In this document: piece after piece, positions 19,786-32,089 of the stretch | How the letters are laid out: each line of letters opens with the position of its first letter | Numbering within the stretch: the stretch's first letter is position 1 | Sequence record: DRR723986_2405 | Direction: 5' to 3' (one strand) | DNA length: 50,198 bases | Translations under genes and position numbers: made by a program | Notes under the pieces: model-generated | Told to the model about the DNA's origin: nothing | Database searches by the model: none | Seen by the model: only the letters and a program-made list of their open reading frames with translations

Positions 19786-20460
19786 ATGAAAAAAACCAGC
19801 GATGGCCGGCAGTCACGGCGCATCGAAAGCAGCCAGACCGCCATTCACGAGCGCTTGGAAGAGGTCGTGCGCAAACACCTTCGCCACGCCTTTTTAAAGC
19901 CCTATGCAAAGCACAATCAGCAGGCGTTTGACGAAGCGAATACGTGGCTGCAACAACAGCGCAGCCCTCTTATTATCGATTCGTTCTGCGGTGTCGGTGA
20001 AAGTACCTGGCGACTGGCTGAGCGCTATCCTGATTGCGCCGTTATCGGTATCGACAAATCCGCAGCCCGCCTCGACAAGCATAATTCGCACTGCCAGCAC
20101 GCCAGAGACAACTACCTGCTAGTGCGCGCGGATGTGGACGACTTCTGGCGGCTGGCCTGCGAGGCCGGTTGGCAGGCCGACGCCCACTATTTGTTGTATC
20201 CCAACCCCTGGCCCAAACCCGGGCAGCTTAGTTACCGGGTGCATGGCTCGCCCTTATTTCCCAGCCTGTTAACCCTGAGTGGACAAATTGAGCTGCGCAG
20301 CAACTGGCCGGTATACGTACAAGAGTTTGCCCACGCGCTGAAAATAGCGGGTAGAACCGCAGAACTCGGCACCTTTGTTGCTGAACACCCGCTCACGCCT
20401 TTTGAAAGAAAATACCAGCTTGCTGGCCAAACGCTGTGGCGATGCACCAGCTCCAATTAA
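19786..20460 (+). CDS. TrmB-like SAM-dependent methyltransferase
   Basis: DSFCGVGES motif I variant, IGIDKS, LYPNPWPK, ELRSNW and TPFERKY (TrmB-like). Confidence 0.75.
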   Translation: MKKTSDGRQSRRIESSQTAIHERLEEVVRKHLRHAFLKPYAKHNQQAFDEANTWLQQQRSPLIIDSFCGVGESTWRLAERYPDCAVIGIDKSAARLDKHNSHCQHARDNYLLVRADVDDFWRLACEAGWQADAHYLLYPNPWPKPGQLSYRVHGSPLFPSLLTLSGQIELRSNWPVYVQEFAHALKIAGRTAELGTFVAEHPLTPFERKYQLAGQTLWRCTSSN

Positions 20461-20508
20461 GCGCAAAACAATGCTGAATGCAGACGTAGGCGTTATACTC
20501 GGCGAGCG

Positions 20509-21327
20509 ATGAATACAGATGACAACACCATGAGCAGCTCCGCCCACGACGACAAGGTTTGGCAAAGTATCCGAGAGGAAACCGCCGCAGAAGTTGAACG
20601 CGAGCCAGTGCTCGCCAGTTTCCTGCACGCCACCATACTCAACCACGACCGCCTTGAAGATGCCCTGAGCTATCACTTGGCACATATGCTGGACAGCCCC
20701 GCAGCGTCGAGCCTGTTGGTCCGAGAAGTGATCGATCAGGCATTTGCCGCTGAGCCCTGCATTCGCAAAGCATTGCGCGCCGACCTGTGCGCCGTGCTGG
20801 AGCGCGATTCTGCCTGCAGCTTGTTGTCAGTGCCCTTCCTGTATTTTAAGGGTTATCACGCTCTGCAGTCCTACCGCGTTGCCCACTGGCTGTGGCGCCA
20901 GGGGCGCAGCTCATTGGCGCTGTTTTTTCAGAACCGCATAAGCTGTGAGTTCGGTGTCGATATTCACCCTGCCGCAAAGGTGGGACACGGGGTATTGATG
21001 GATCACGCCACCGGTATCGTGATCGGCGAGACCGCCGTTGTCGGCAACAATGTTTCACTTATGCAGTCGGTGACACTGGGAGGAACGGGCAAGGAACATG
21101 GCGACCGCCATCCCAAAGTGGCAGACGGCGTGTTGATCAGCGCGGGAGCAAAAATCCTCGGCAATATTCGCATTGGCGAAGGCTCCCATGTAGCGGCCGG
21201 CAGCGTGGTATTAAAAGCCGTACCGCCGCACAGCCTCGTCGCTGGCGTGCCCGCCAAGGTGATTGGCAAACCCGATACCGAGGCACCGGCCTTATCCATG
21301 AATCACAGCGCCTGCTGTGACGATTAA
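20509..21327 (+). CDS. cysE: Serine O-acetyltransferase
   Basis: YFKGYHALQSYR, VDIHPAA, DHATGIVIGETA and GGTGKEHGDRHPK motifs. An alternative start lies at 20530. Confidence 0.96.
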   Translation: MNTDDNTMSSSAHDDKVWQSIREETAAEVEREPVLASFLHATILNHDRLEDALSYHLAHMLDSPAASSLLVREVIDQAFAAEPCIRKALRADLCAVLERDSACSLLSVPFLYFKGYHALQSYRVAHWLWRQGRSSLALFFQNRISCEFGVDIHPAAKVGHGVLMDHATGIVIGETAVVGNNVSLMQSVTLGGTGKEHGDRHPKVADGVLISAGAKILGNIRIGEGSHVAAGSVVLKAVPPHSLVAGVPAKVIGKPDTEAPALSMNHSACCDD

Positions 21328-21370
21328 GGCTTGTACGCGAAAACAAATAGTCTGCTGCGACAACGACTGC

Positions 21371-22162
21371 TCAACCACAGTTAGGGCGAATGCCCTGAGC
21401 GCGCGCCTGCTGATACAGCGGCGCCGCTTTTTTCTGTTGGCGCTGCAAGTCGTTAATCCGGGTTTGGTGAGAGGGGTGGGTCGACATAAACTCGGGCGGC
21501 TGGCCATTGCCCGCGGCGCTCATGTTTTTCCATAAATCGATACTGGCTGCCGGATTAAAGCCGGCTCGCGCCATCAGGTCTACTCCCAATACATCGGCTT
21601 CAGACTCCTGGGCGCGGCCGTAGGGCAGCACCAAGCCATATTGCGCACCGAGACCCAGCATACCCATCACCGTGGCTTTCTGTGGACTGTCGCCCAGCAA
21701 CACCGCCAGCAGCTGAGCACCAGTGCCGGTAACGCTTTGCAACGACATTCTCTCTGCACTGTGGTGAGCCAAGACGTGGGCAACTTCATGTCCGAGCACG
21801 GTTGCCAGCTGGTCGGCATTTTTCGCGACACTAAAGATGCCAGTATGCACGCCAATTTTCTTACCGGGCAGCGCAAAGGCATTGGCAGACTTTTCCTCAA
21901 ACACCACCACTTCCCAACTGCCGCGCCACTGTGCAGGTAAACGCGCCGTGATTGCATCGGCAACACAGGTGACATAGCCGTTGACCTTGCCGTCGCGATT
22001 GACCGTCATCTTCTGCTTCATTTCATCGAAGGCCGCGACACCCATCTGCGACATTTCGCCGTTAGAAAACAACATCATTTGTCGCCGCCCAGTGGGAGAC
22101 TCAACGCAGGCAAGCAGGGTAAGTACGGCGGCAGCAAGGGCGACGATCCGTATTGTTTTCAT
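21371..22162 (-). CDS. M48 family zinc metallopeptidase lipoprotein
   Basis: Lipobox LLAC; NAFALPG, HEVAH (HExxH), QESEAD and STHP motifs. Confidence 0.92.
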   Translation of the reverse strand: MKTIRIVALAAAVLTLLACVESPTGRRQMMLFSNGEMSQMGVAAFDEMKQKMTVNRDGKVNGYVTCVADAITARLPAQWRGSWEVVVFEEKSANAFALPGKKIGVHTGIFSVAKNADQLATVLGHEVAHVLAHHSAERMSLQSVTGTGAQLLAVLLGDSPQKATVMGMLGLGAQYGLVLPYGRAQESEADVLGVDLMARAGFNPAASIDLWKNMSAAGNGQPPEFMSTHPSHQTRINDLQRQQKKAAPLYQQARAQGIRPNCG

Positions 22163-22265
22163 TCCTTCTCTCCAAAAAGCGGCAATCTATGAGTACGTTT
22201 GATACGTTGTACATTATGGCACAGGCTCCAGCCTGGCTGGCAATCACCTTAACTGAGGACGCCCC

Positions 22266-22838
22266 GTGAGCGAAGTGTGTGACTGGTGTGGCAGTGACGA
22301 ACAATATCGACGCTACCATGACGACGAGTGGGGAAGACCCTGCAGAGACGACCACAAATTATTCGAGTTTTTGATTCTCGAGTCCGCTCAGGCCGGACTC
22401 AACTGGCTAACGATACTGCGTAAGCGCGAAGGCTATCGCAGGCTGTTCGCCAATTTCTCCGCGCCGCATGTGGCGGCATTTACGCAGGCCGATATTGAAC
22501 GCTTAATGGCCGACCCCTCGATTATTAGAAACCGCATGAAGATAGAAAGCGCGATCAATAACGCCCAGCGCTTTCTTGAAGTACAGCAGGAATATGGCAG
22601 TTTCGCCCACTACCTGTGGGGCTTTGTTGAACACAGACCGATTCAAAATCAATGGCAAAGCCTGGCCGATGTCCCAGCCACTACGTCGCTTTCAGATGGC
22701 ATTAGCAAAGATATGAAGAAGCGCGGCTTCCGCTTTTTTGGCAGCACGATCTGTTACGCCTATTTACAGGCGATGGGCTTGGTTAATGACCATATAGTCA
22801 GCTGCCCAGCTCACCAACAATGTGCCGCCCTGGCCTGA
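22266..22838 (+). CDS. tag: DNA-3-methyladenine glycosylase I
   Basis: CDW, YHDDEWG, LESAQAGLNW, IIRNRMKI and GLVNDH motifs. Confidence 0.95.
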   Translation: MSEVCDWCGSDEQYRRYHDDEWGRPCRDDHKLFEFLILESAQAGLNWLTILRKREGYRRLFANFSAPHVAAFTQADIERLMADPSIIRNRMKIESAINNAQRFLEVQQEYGSFAHYLWGFVEHRPIQNQWQSLADVPATTSLSDGISKDMKKRGFRFFGSTICYAYLQAMGLVNDHIVSCPAHQQCAALA

Positions 22839-22926
22839 TGCTGGCTCGGGCACTAATGGCCTCCAGCGTGGACTAATTACCGTATACTCTATTTAGGCGC
22901 GGCACAGCGCGACAAGGGGCTTCCAC

Positions 22927-23472
22927 ATGACAACCACACGAATTGCACTCAGCCTGCTCACTGCCTTGCTAGTCAGTGCCTGCAGCAGCACGGATGTACG
23001 CACCGACTACAATCCTCGCGCGAACTTCGCTAGCTATCAGCAGTACAGCTGGTCTGAAGACAGCGGCGCCGACAAAAGTGTCTCACCGTTTATCGCCGAA
23101 CAAGTCAAAAGCGCGCTGAAAACCCGACTGGATGCCGGCCTGTATAAGCTGCGTCCTGACGGCGCAGATTTCCTGGTGCGCTACTACATTGCCCAGGCGG
23201 CCAACACCATTGACCGCAGCCCGCGGCTGGGGATTGGACTGGGCAGTTTCTCCGGAAATTTCGGCCTTAGCACCTCTGTCGGCGTGCCGCTCGGCAAGGA
23301 CAAAGTCAATCGCAATGTGCAAATTCTTATCGACTTACTGGACGGGTCCAGCAAAGCATTGAGCTGGCGCGGTTCACTGGTCATTGAACTGGACGACCAG
23401 GACCCCAAGGTTAACCAAGCTCGAATAGACAGTGCCGTTGGCGAAATTTGGTCGCAATTTCCGCCGCGCTAA
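22927..23472 (+). CDS. DUF4136-like lipoprotein
   Basis: Lipobox VSAC; DYNPRANFASYQQYSW, a Gly-rich GIGLG segment, and LIDLLD...WRG. Confidence 0.78.
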   Translation: MTTTRIALSLLTALLVSACSSTDVRTDYNPRANFASYQQYSWSEDSGADKSVSPFIAEQVKSALKTRLDAGLYKLRPDGADFLVRYYIAQAANTIDRSPRLGIGLGSFSGNFGLSTSVGVPLGKDKVNRNVQILIDLLDGSSKALSWRGSLVIELDDQDPKVNQARIDSAVGEIWSQFPPR

Positions 23473-23482
23473 CGCTGCGGCG

Positions 23483-24046
23483 CTAGCGATTGCGCCAGGG
23501 AAACAAGCCTGCCAGCGCCTCTGCTGACATTTCCCGTAGCAAAGTCATATTGCGCTCGGGGATGCCGTGGATGTCAGGGTGACTGGCCACCGCCGCGGCT
23601 ACGCTGTCCTCGCGCAAGAGGTGGAGAATTGGCCACGGCGCCCGGTTGCTGTAATTTGCCGGATCGCTTGCCTCGCAACCCTCGAAACAGTACTCGGGGT
23701 GAAAACTGGCCACTTGAAACTGCCCGCGCCAAGGGCTGCTCTCCAGCAGGTCTTCAACAATACCAACAAACTCCCAGTAATCGTCAAAACTCTCTTGCAG
23801 TGCTGGCACCACCAGCAGGCTGGTTTCCAGTGTGCCGGGGTCGGTGTCGGCCAATTTCATCAGCTCTGCATAACACCGTTCGAGCAGCGCCTGCGGATCT
23901 TGCTCATCGGCAACAGCAATGCGAATGCTTCCCTGCTGCCTGGGCCTCGCCGCAAAGGGGCACAACTGCTGAGCAATCACTACTGAGTCCAGCCAATCAC
24001 TCACTTCAGCCACTATTTGCGCCTTACCCGCCGCGACGTCCGACAT
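23483..24046 (-). CDS. DUF1415 family protein
   Basis: LCPFA, QVASFHPEY and NRAPWPILHLLRE motifs. Confidence 0.85.
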   Translation of the reverse strand: MSDVAAGKAQIVAEVSDWLDSVVIAQQLCPFAARPRQQGSIRIAVADEQDPQALLERCYAELMKLADTDPGTLETSLLVVPALQESFDDYWEFVGIVEDLLESSPWRGQFQVASFHPEYCFEGCEASDPANYSNRAPWPILHLLREDSVAAAVASHPDIHGIPERNMTLLREMSAEALAGLFPWRNR

Positions 24047-24270
24047 GTTCTTTTCTCCAATTGTTCAGGCCGCCAGTATACCTTCCAGCCCGTCGCAATA
24101 TAACTGATCGAAATTTGGTCAACCCGCGCTAGACGGATTCGCCATAAGCAGAGCCAGCTGCGCGCCAAGCGCGTAATGTAGGTACTGCTACACTTACATT
24201 GAGCACAAGCGAGGTGTCAGCGGTTTAACACATTCGGCGTTCTCGCCGCGAATAAGATTGGGAGCAGTCA

Positions 24271-24825
24271 ATGAAAAGATATTTCTTTCTGGCGGACAAT
24301 CTCGACAAGTTAGCCGCCATTGAACACGATCTGGAAGAGAACGGCCTGTCCCGTCCTCAAATTCATGTACTCAGCCACGATGATAGTGGTGTCGCCCAGC
24401 GTAAACTCAACGAGGTGGAGGCGGTACTGCGCAAAGATGTTGTGTTTGCCATGCAGCGCGGAGCACTCATCGGCCTAGGTGGCTTCGCCCTAGTGTTAGC
24501 AAGCGCTCACTATTCCGGAGTAACGCAGATTGCCGGCTGGACACCCTTTGTTTTTCTGGCAATCGTGGTTCTGGGCTTTTTCACCTGGGAAGGCGGCTTA
24601 TTCGGTATTCAGGAGCCTCACCACGACTTCAAGCGCTTTGAGCAAGCACTGAGTAGCGGGCGACACCTGCTAATGATCGATGCGGGCAGTCGTGAGCAAA
24701 GCGCCCTGAACCGCGTGACCGCACACTACCCAGAGCTGGAATTCTCCGGCACCGGGGAAGGCGCTCCGGCGTGGGTAATCGGCTTGCAGAACCGCTGGCG
24801 GCACTTTGTTGAGGTTATGCCCTGA
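24271..24825 (+). CDS. Conserved two-TM membrane protein of unknown function
   Basis: RBS GGAG; two hydrophobic segments; TWEGGLFG motif; ends at a terminator. Confidence 0.75.
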   Translation: MKRYFFLADNLDKLAAIEHDLEENGLSRPQIHVLSHDDSGVAQRKLNEVEAVLRKDVVFAMQRGALIGLGGFALVLASAHYSGVTQIAGWTPFVFLAIVVLGFFTWEGGLFGIQEPHHDFKRFEQALSSGRHLLMIDAGSREQSALNRVTAHYPELEFSGTGEGAPAWVIGLQNRWRHFVEVMP

Positions 24826-24841
24826 GCCGGCACAAGACAGC

Positions 24842-24876
24842 CATAAAAAAACCACGCTTGGCGTGGTTTTTTTATG
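24842..24876. terminator. Bidirectional Rho-independent terminator
   Basis: CAT-A7-CCACGC-TTG-GCGTGG-T7-ATG, a perfect inverted repeat between convergent genes. Confidence 0.92.
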
Positions 24877-24882
24877 CGTTGT

Positions 24883-25947
24883 TTAGCGGTGGTATTCCGG
24901 CGACAACTCTCTCACCGCGTTGATAAAGGCCCCCGCATGCTCGGGGTCGACCTCCGGCGTGATACCGTGGCCAAGGTTGAAAACATGACCCCCACCGCTG
25001 CCATACTCGGCGAGAATGGTCGCCACTTCTTCACGAATCCGCTTGGGTGAGGCGCGCAGCATAGCGGGGTCCATATTGCCCTGCAGCGCCACTTTGTCGC
25101 CAACCCGTTTGCGCGCCACGCCAATATCTGTCGTCCAGTCCAGACCCAGTGCATTGGCGCCGGTATCGGCCATGCTCTCCAGCCACTGGCCACCATTTTT
25201 CGTGAACAGAATTGCGGGTACGGCACGGCCGTCGTGCTCTTTGATCAAGCCATCGACGATCTGCTTCATATAGCGCAGGCTAAACTCTTGGTAGGCGCGG
25301 TGCCCCAACGCACCGCCCCAGGTATCAAATATCTGCACCGCTTGCGCACCGGCGCGAATCTGGTCATTCAAATAAGCGGTAACGCTCTGCGCCAGCTTGT
25401 CCAGAAGGGCGTGCATGGTTTCCGGCTCATCGAACGCCAGCGCCTTGCAGCGCCCGTGGTCTTTCGAGCCGCCGCCTTCTACCATATAGGTGGCCAGTGT
25501 CCACGGGCTGCCAGAAAAGCCGATAAGCGGCACGCGACCATTGAGGGCGCTGCGAATCGCTCGCACGGCGTCACAGACATAGGTCAGGTCGTTTTCACCA
25601 TCGACAACCGGCAGCGCCTCTACGTCAGCCATGCTGCGCACCGTTTTGCGAAAGCGCGGCCCCTCTCCGGTTTCAAAATACAGCCCCAGGCCCATGGCGT
25701 CGGGAATCGTCAATATATCCGAGAACAGGATAGCGGCATCGAGCGGGTAGCGCTCCAGCGGCTGTAGGGTCACTTCACAAGCCAGCTCTGTGTTTTTGCA
25801 AAGCGACAGAAAATCGCCCGCTTTACCGCGTGTCGCCCGATACTCAGGCAAATACCTGCCAGCCTGACGCATCATCCATACCGGCGTGTAATCCACCGGC
25901 TGGCGCATTAACGCCCGTAAAAACGTATCGTTTTTCAATTCACTCAT
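24883..25947 (-). CDS. hemE: Uroporphyrinogen decarboxylase
   Basis: [24 protein letters not shown] and FNLGHGI motifs; start MSELKND at 25947. Confidence 0.97.
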   Translation of the reverse strand: MSELKNDTFLRALMRQPVDYTPVWMMRQAGRYLPEYRATRGKAGDFLSLCKNTELACEVTLQPLERYPLDAAILFSDILTIPDAMGLGLYFETGEGPRFRKTVRSMADVEALPVVDGENDLTYVCDAVRAIRSALNGRVPLIGFSGSPWTLATYMVEGGGSKDHGRCKALAFDEPETMHALLDKLAQSVTAYLNDQIRAGAQAVQIFDTWGGALGHRAYQEFSLRYMKQIVDGLIKEHDGRAVPAILFTKNGGQWLESMADTGANALGLDWTTDIGVARKRVGDKVALQGNMDPAMLRASPKRIREEVATILAEYGSGGGHVFNLGHGITPEVDPEHAGAFINAVRELSPEYHR

Positions 25948-26035
25948 GGCACCATCACCTTGCTTCAAACACGACGACGCCGAGCACGGTCGGCACAGCA
26001 ATGCTGCTACAACCGGGCTCGGCGTCCGTCGTTGG

Positions 26036-27478
<1,443 letters not shown>

Positions 27479-27482
27479 CTAC

Positions 27483-30400
27483 TTATTCCGGACGCCGTCT
27501 GGTGGTTTCCAGCAGGCGGCTGAGGCTTGCTGCTTTTGGCTTGATCATCCAGAACTTGCCGATGTAGTCGTCGAAATTATCGAGAATATGCTGCCCCCAG
27601 GCACTGCCTGTTTCCTCAACAAACTCTTCGATATTGCCGCGCAAATGAGCGCGGTAAGCTTCCAGTGACTCAGAGGTGATCCGGCAGATCTCCACCAGTT
27701 CACTGTTATAGCGATCTACGAAGGTGTTCTCTTCGTCGAGTACGTAGGCAAAACCGCCCGTCATACCCGCACCAAAGTTCACCCCGGTGTTGCCCAACAC
27801 GGTGACGTTGCCACCGGTCATGTATTCACAGCAGTGGTCACCGGCACCCTCAATCACGGCATGAGACCCGGAGTTGCGCACTGCGAAACGCTCACCCGCC
27901 GTACCTGCCGCAAACAACTTACCGCCGGTCGCGCCGTAAAGGCAGGTGTTGCCGACAATAGAGGTTTCCTGACTGGCAAAGGCACTGCCACGCGGGGGAT
28001 ATATCACCAGCTTACCGCCCGCCATACCTTTACCCACGTAGTCGTTGGCATCGCCTTCGAGGTACATATGCAGGCCGCCCGCGTTCCACACACCAAAGCT
28101 CTGGCCGGCAGTACCTTCCAAGCGCAACACAATCGGTGCATCTTCCATATCCAGATTGCCGTGACGCTTGGCAATTTCACCGGATATCCGCGCACCAATT
28201 GAACGGTCACAGTTATTGACGTGGAAGCTATACTCTCCACCCGATTTTGCTTCGATGGCCGACAATACAGCCGCCACCATTGCTTCGGCTTTTTCGCCTT
28301 TATCGAAGGGCTCGTTGAGGGCAACCTGGCAAAACTCTGGCTGACCTTCAGCATCGGCATCTTTGTGAAGAATGGGCGACAGGTCCAACAGTCCCTGCTT
28401 TTCCGTCTCGCCTGCTTTTTGAACCAGCAAGTCGGTGCGGCCGATCAGCTCATCCATGCTGCGTACGCCAATCTGCGCCATCCACTCACGCGTTTCTTCT
28501 GCGACGAACTTGAAGAAGTTCATCACCATTTCAACAGTGCCGATAAAGTGGTCGTCACGCAGGCGTTCGTCCTGAGTCGCAACCCCGGTAGCACAGTTAT
28601 TCAAGTGACAGATACGCAGGTATTTACAGCCCAGAGCTACCATCGGCGTGGTACCAAAGCCGAAACTCTCTGCGCCGAGAATAGCCGCTTTCACGACATC
28701 CAGGCCGGTCTTCAGGCCACCGTCGGTTTGCACCCGCACTTTACCGCGCAGGCCATTGCCACGCAGCGTTTGCTGGGCTTCTGCCAGACCGAGCTCCCAA
28801 GGTGAGCCAGCATAACGGATGGACGTAATCGGGCTCGCCGCCGTTCCACCGTCGTAACCGGAAATAGTGATCAAGTCCGCATAGGCCTTCGCCACACCGG
28901 CAGCGATAGTGCCCACACCGGGCTCAGATACCAGCTTCACCGACACCAGCGCCTGCGGGTTCACCTGCTTAAGGTCGAAAATCAGCTGAGCCAAATCCTC
29001 GATAGAGTAAATATCGTGGTGAGGCGGCGGTGAAATCAGCGTTACACCCGGTACTGAATGGCGCAAGCGCGCGATCAAAGTATTGACCTTGCCACCCGGC
29101 AGCTGGCCACCTTCACCGGGCTTGGCGCCCTGGGCGACTTTAATTTGCAGTACTTCGGCATTCACCAAATAGTGAGGCGTAACGCCAAAGCGGCCCGATG
29201 CGATCTGCTTAATTTTTGAAACGCGCTCGGTGCCGAAACGGGCGGGGTCTTCACCACCTTCACCGGAATTTGAGCGCGCACCCAGGCGGTTCATCGCCGC
29301 GGCTAGCGCTTCATGAGCCTCGGGGCTCAATGCACCCAGCGACATACCGGCGGAGTCAAAGCGGCTGAGAATTTTCTCTGCGGGCTCAACTTCCTCCAGC
29401 GGGATGGGGGTGACGTCACTGCTGAAATCCAACAAGTCGCGCAGGGTAGCAACCGGGCGAGTATTCACCAGCTCCGCGTACTTTTTCCAGTCAGCGTAGT
29501 TACCACTCTTAACCGCTTCTTGCAGACGCATCACAACGTCCGGGTTAAAGGCGTGGTATTCCTTGCCGTGAACGTACTTGAGCAAGCCACCCTGATCGAT
29601 TGGCTTGCGCGGCAGCCAGGCGATGGTCGCCAGGGCTTCCTGATCTTGCTGAAGCTGAGCAAAGTTAACACCGGCGATACGGCTGGCCACACCTTTAAAG
29701 CAGCTATTGATCACATCATCGTCGAGGCCAACGGCCTCAAAGAGCTGGGCACCACGGTATGAGGAGATCGATGAAATCCCCATTTTCGACATGATCTTCA
29801 GCAGGCCTTTGTTAATGCCTTTAACGTAATTTTCGTAGGTTGTTTGCTCGTCACCGAGAATTTCTCCGCTGCTCAGCATGTCGCTCAGTACAGCAAAAGA
29901 CATATAAGGGTAGACAGCGGTGGCGCCAAAACCGAACAGACAGGCCATTTGGTGAGAATCGCGAGCGCTACCACTTTCAACCACCAGGTTGGCATCGCAG
30001 CGTAGGCCTTGCTTGATCAAGTGGTGGTGAACTGCACCGGTGGCCAGCAAGCTGTGCACGGTCAACAGGCCGGGCTCCACAGCGCGGTCGCTCAACACAA
30101 GAATCACATCGCCACCGCGCACGGCGTCTTCTGCCGCCGCCGCCACATCGCGAACGGCTTGCTGCAGGTTCTTCTCTGCAGGGTCGTAGCAAAGGTCGAT
30201 GGTTACCCGCGGATAACGTGGCGAGTCTACCGCCATCAATCGGTCAAACTTGTCTGGCGACAAAACCGGGCTGCTTAGAATCAAGCGATCAGCGTGATCG
30301 GCCGTTTGCTCGAAGACATTTTGCTCGGCGCCTAGCAACGTCTCCAGACTCATCACGATGGACTCACGAAGTGGGTCAATGGGCGGATTGGTAACTTGAG

Positions 30401-31931
30401 CGAATTTTTGTCGGAAGTAGTCGTACAGCGACCGCTCGCTGCGCGACAGCACAGCCATTGGCGTGTCATCACCCATCGAACCAACGGCTTCGTTGCCGCT
30501 ATCTGCCAGAGGCGACAGCACTTGCTCGCGCTCTTCAAAGCTTACCTGGAAATATTTTTGCAGGCTTTCCAAGTGATCCGCTTCGGGCAACGCCGGGCGA
30601 TTGCCCTGGCCGAGCTGATCCTGCAGGCGATTCGCGTTATCACGCAACCACTGTTTGTAGGGGTGGGCGCTTTTCAGCCGCTCATCGACATCTTTCGTGT
30701 GCAGGACTTCGCCGGTCTCGGTATCGACAACCAGAATCTGCCCTGGCCCAACACGCCCCTTGGCAACGACGTCATCTGGCTGGTAGCCGTAGGTGCCGAT
30801 TTCCGAGGCAACGGTGATGAAACCATTTTTGGTAATGACCCAGCGTGACGGACGCAAACCGTTGCGGTCCAACATACATACCGCGTAGCGGCCGTCGGTC
30901 ATTACCAAACCCGCAGGGCCATCCCAGGGCTCCATGTGCATGGAGTTATATTCGTAGAATGCCTTCAAGTCGGCATCCATGTGTTCGATATTTTGCCAAG
31001 CAGGTGGCACCAACATGCGAACAGCACGGAACAGATCCATACCACCGGCCACCAACAGCTCAAGCATGTTATCCAGGCTTGACGAGTCAGAGCCCGTGCG
31101 ATTCACCAGCGGCGCCAGAGCCTCTACATCGGGAATGCGGGGGCTGCTGAAATTCTTGGTGCGCGCATCCGCCCAGTTGCGGTTGCCCTCAACGGTATTG
31201 ATTTCACCATTGTGAGCCAGCATGCGAAATGGCTGAGCCAAGGGCCAGCGCGGCATGGTGTTGGTAGAGAAGCGTTGGTGGAAAACACAAATCGCCGTTT
31301 CCAACTCGGGGTTGGCAAGGTCGAGGTAAAAATGGGGCAAATCCACCGGCATGACCAAGCCTTTGTATGACACGACATCGGCGGACAGGCTACAAATGTA
31401 AAACTCACTGTCATCAGCGAGCGCCATTTCGACTTGACGACGCACAATAAACAGGCGCGTGGTCAGCTCTTGGGCAGTCAGGCCTTCAACGTTGATAAAC
31501 AACTGCTCAATGCGTGGCAGGCTTGCCAAGGCGATATCACCACACACCGATGCATCGACCGGCACAGGGCGCCAGCCCGCTTGCTGCAGGCCGTTTTCAC
31601 CAAGAATCTTTTCAAGAGTCGCGCGCGCAGCCGCCGCCTTGCCTTCGTCCTGGCTTAAAAAGATCTGGCCGATACCATATAACTCGGTCAGCTCGCCGCC
31701 AAAGGCGTCGCGGGCCGCTTGGCGCAGAAAGCTGTCCGGCTTCTTCAACAGCAAACCACAGCCATCACCGGTTTTGCCATCTGCCGCGATACCACCGCGG
31801 TGAGTCATGCAGGTCAGTGATTCGATGGCAGTCTTCAACAATTCGTGGCTAGCAGTGCCCTGCATGTGGGCAATTAGCCCAAAACCACAGTTGTCGCGCA
31901 CATCTTCAGGTCTGTACAGGCCTGTACTCAT
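27483..31931 (-). CDS. gltB: Glutamate synthase large subunit
   Basis: Start MSTGLY at 31931; DN/CGFG Ntn cysteine, [21 protein letters not shown] and the 3Fe-4S motif [12 protein letters not shown]. Confidence 0.98.
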   Translation of the reverse strand: MSTGLYRPEDVRDNCGFGLIAHMQGTASHELLKTAIESLTCMTHRGGIAADGKTGDGCGLLLKKPDSFLRQAARDAFGGELTELYGIGQIFLSQDEGKAAAARATLEKILGENGLQQAGWRPVPVDASVCGDIALASLPRIEQLFINVEGLTAQELTTRLFIVRRQVEMALADDSEFYICSLSADVVSYKGLVMPVDLPHFYLDLANPELETAICVFHQRFSTNTMPRWPLAQPFRMLAHNGEINTVEGNRNWADARTKNFSSPRIPDVEALAPLVNRTGSDSSSLDNMLELLVAGGMDLFRAVRMLVPPAWQNIEHMDADLKAFYEYNSMHMEPWDGPAGLVMTDGRYAVCMLDRNGLRPSRWVITKNGFITVASEIGTYGYQPDDVVAKGRVGPGQILVVDTETGEVLHTKDVDERLKSAHPYKQWLRDNANRLQDQLGQGNRPALPEADHLESLQKYFQVSFEEREQVLSPLADSGNEAVGSMGDDTPMAVLSRSERSLYDYFRQKFAQVTNPPIDPLRESIVMSLETLLGAEQNVFEQTADHADRLILSSPVLSPDKFDRLMAVDSPRYPRVTIDLCYDPAEKNLQQAVRDVAAAAEDAVRGGDVILVLSDRAVEPGLLTVHSLLATGAVHHHLIKQGLRCDANLVVESGSARDSHQMACLFGFGATAVYPYMSFAVLSDMLSSGEILGDEQTTYENYVKGINKGLLKIMSKMGISSISSYRGAQLFEAVGLDDDVINSCFKGVASRIAGVNFAQLQQDQEALATIAWLPRKPIDQGGLLKYVHGKEYHAFNPDVVMRLQEAVKSGNYADWKKYAELVNTRPVATLRDLLDFSSDVTPIPLEEVEPAEKILSRFDSAGMSLGALSPEAHEALAAAMNRLGARSNSGEGGEDPARFGTERVSKIKQIASGRFGVTPHYLVNAEVLQIKVAQGAKPGEGGQLPGGKVNTLIARLRHSVPGVTLISPPPHHDIYSIEDLAQLIFDLKQVNPQALVSVKLVSEPGVGTIAAGVAKAYADLITISGYDGGTAASPITSIRYAGSPWELGLAEAQQTLRGNGLRGKVRVQTDGGLKTGLDVVKAAILGAESFGFGTTPMVALGCKYLRICHLNNCATGVATQDERLRDDHFIGTVEMVMNFFKFVAEETREWMAQIGVRSMDELIGRTDLLVQKAGETEKQGLLDLSPILHKDADAEGQPEFCQVALNEPFDKGEKAEAMVAAVLSAIEAKSGGEYSFHVNNCDRSIGARISGEIAKRHGNLDMEDAPIVLRLEGTAGQSFGVWNAGGLHMYLEGDANDYVGKGMAGGKLVIYPPRGSAFASQETSIVGNTCLYGATGGKLFAAGTAGERFAVRNSGSHAVIEGAGDHCCEYMTGGNVTVLGNTGVNFGAGMTGGFAYVLDEENTFVDRYNSELVEICRITSESLEAYRAHLRGNIEEFVEETGSAWGQHILDNFDDYIGKFWMIKPKAASLSRLLETTRRRPE

Positions 31932-32089
31932 AAAACGACTCTCACAAAATATATAAGAAAAACAAGCAGATAGTCGAAATGACAGCTCGGCGCACGCTTG
32001 CGTACCCGAAAAAAGGAGGGACATTCTACACGTATGCAGCAAGCCGGACAAACGCCGACCAAAAATTGCTCAAATTTCAGCCAAAAATC

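Noticed and set aside
31932-32051. N-terminal extensions in the ORF track (gltB; likewise hemE, pilN, ubiE, TetR, the Moco subunit and the MBL hydrolase)
   Set aside because: Downstream ATGs match the family N-termini better; the extensions look like open-frame run-on.
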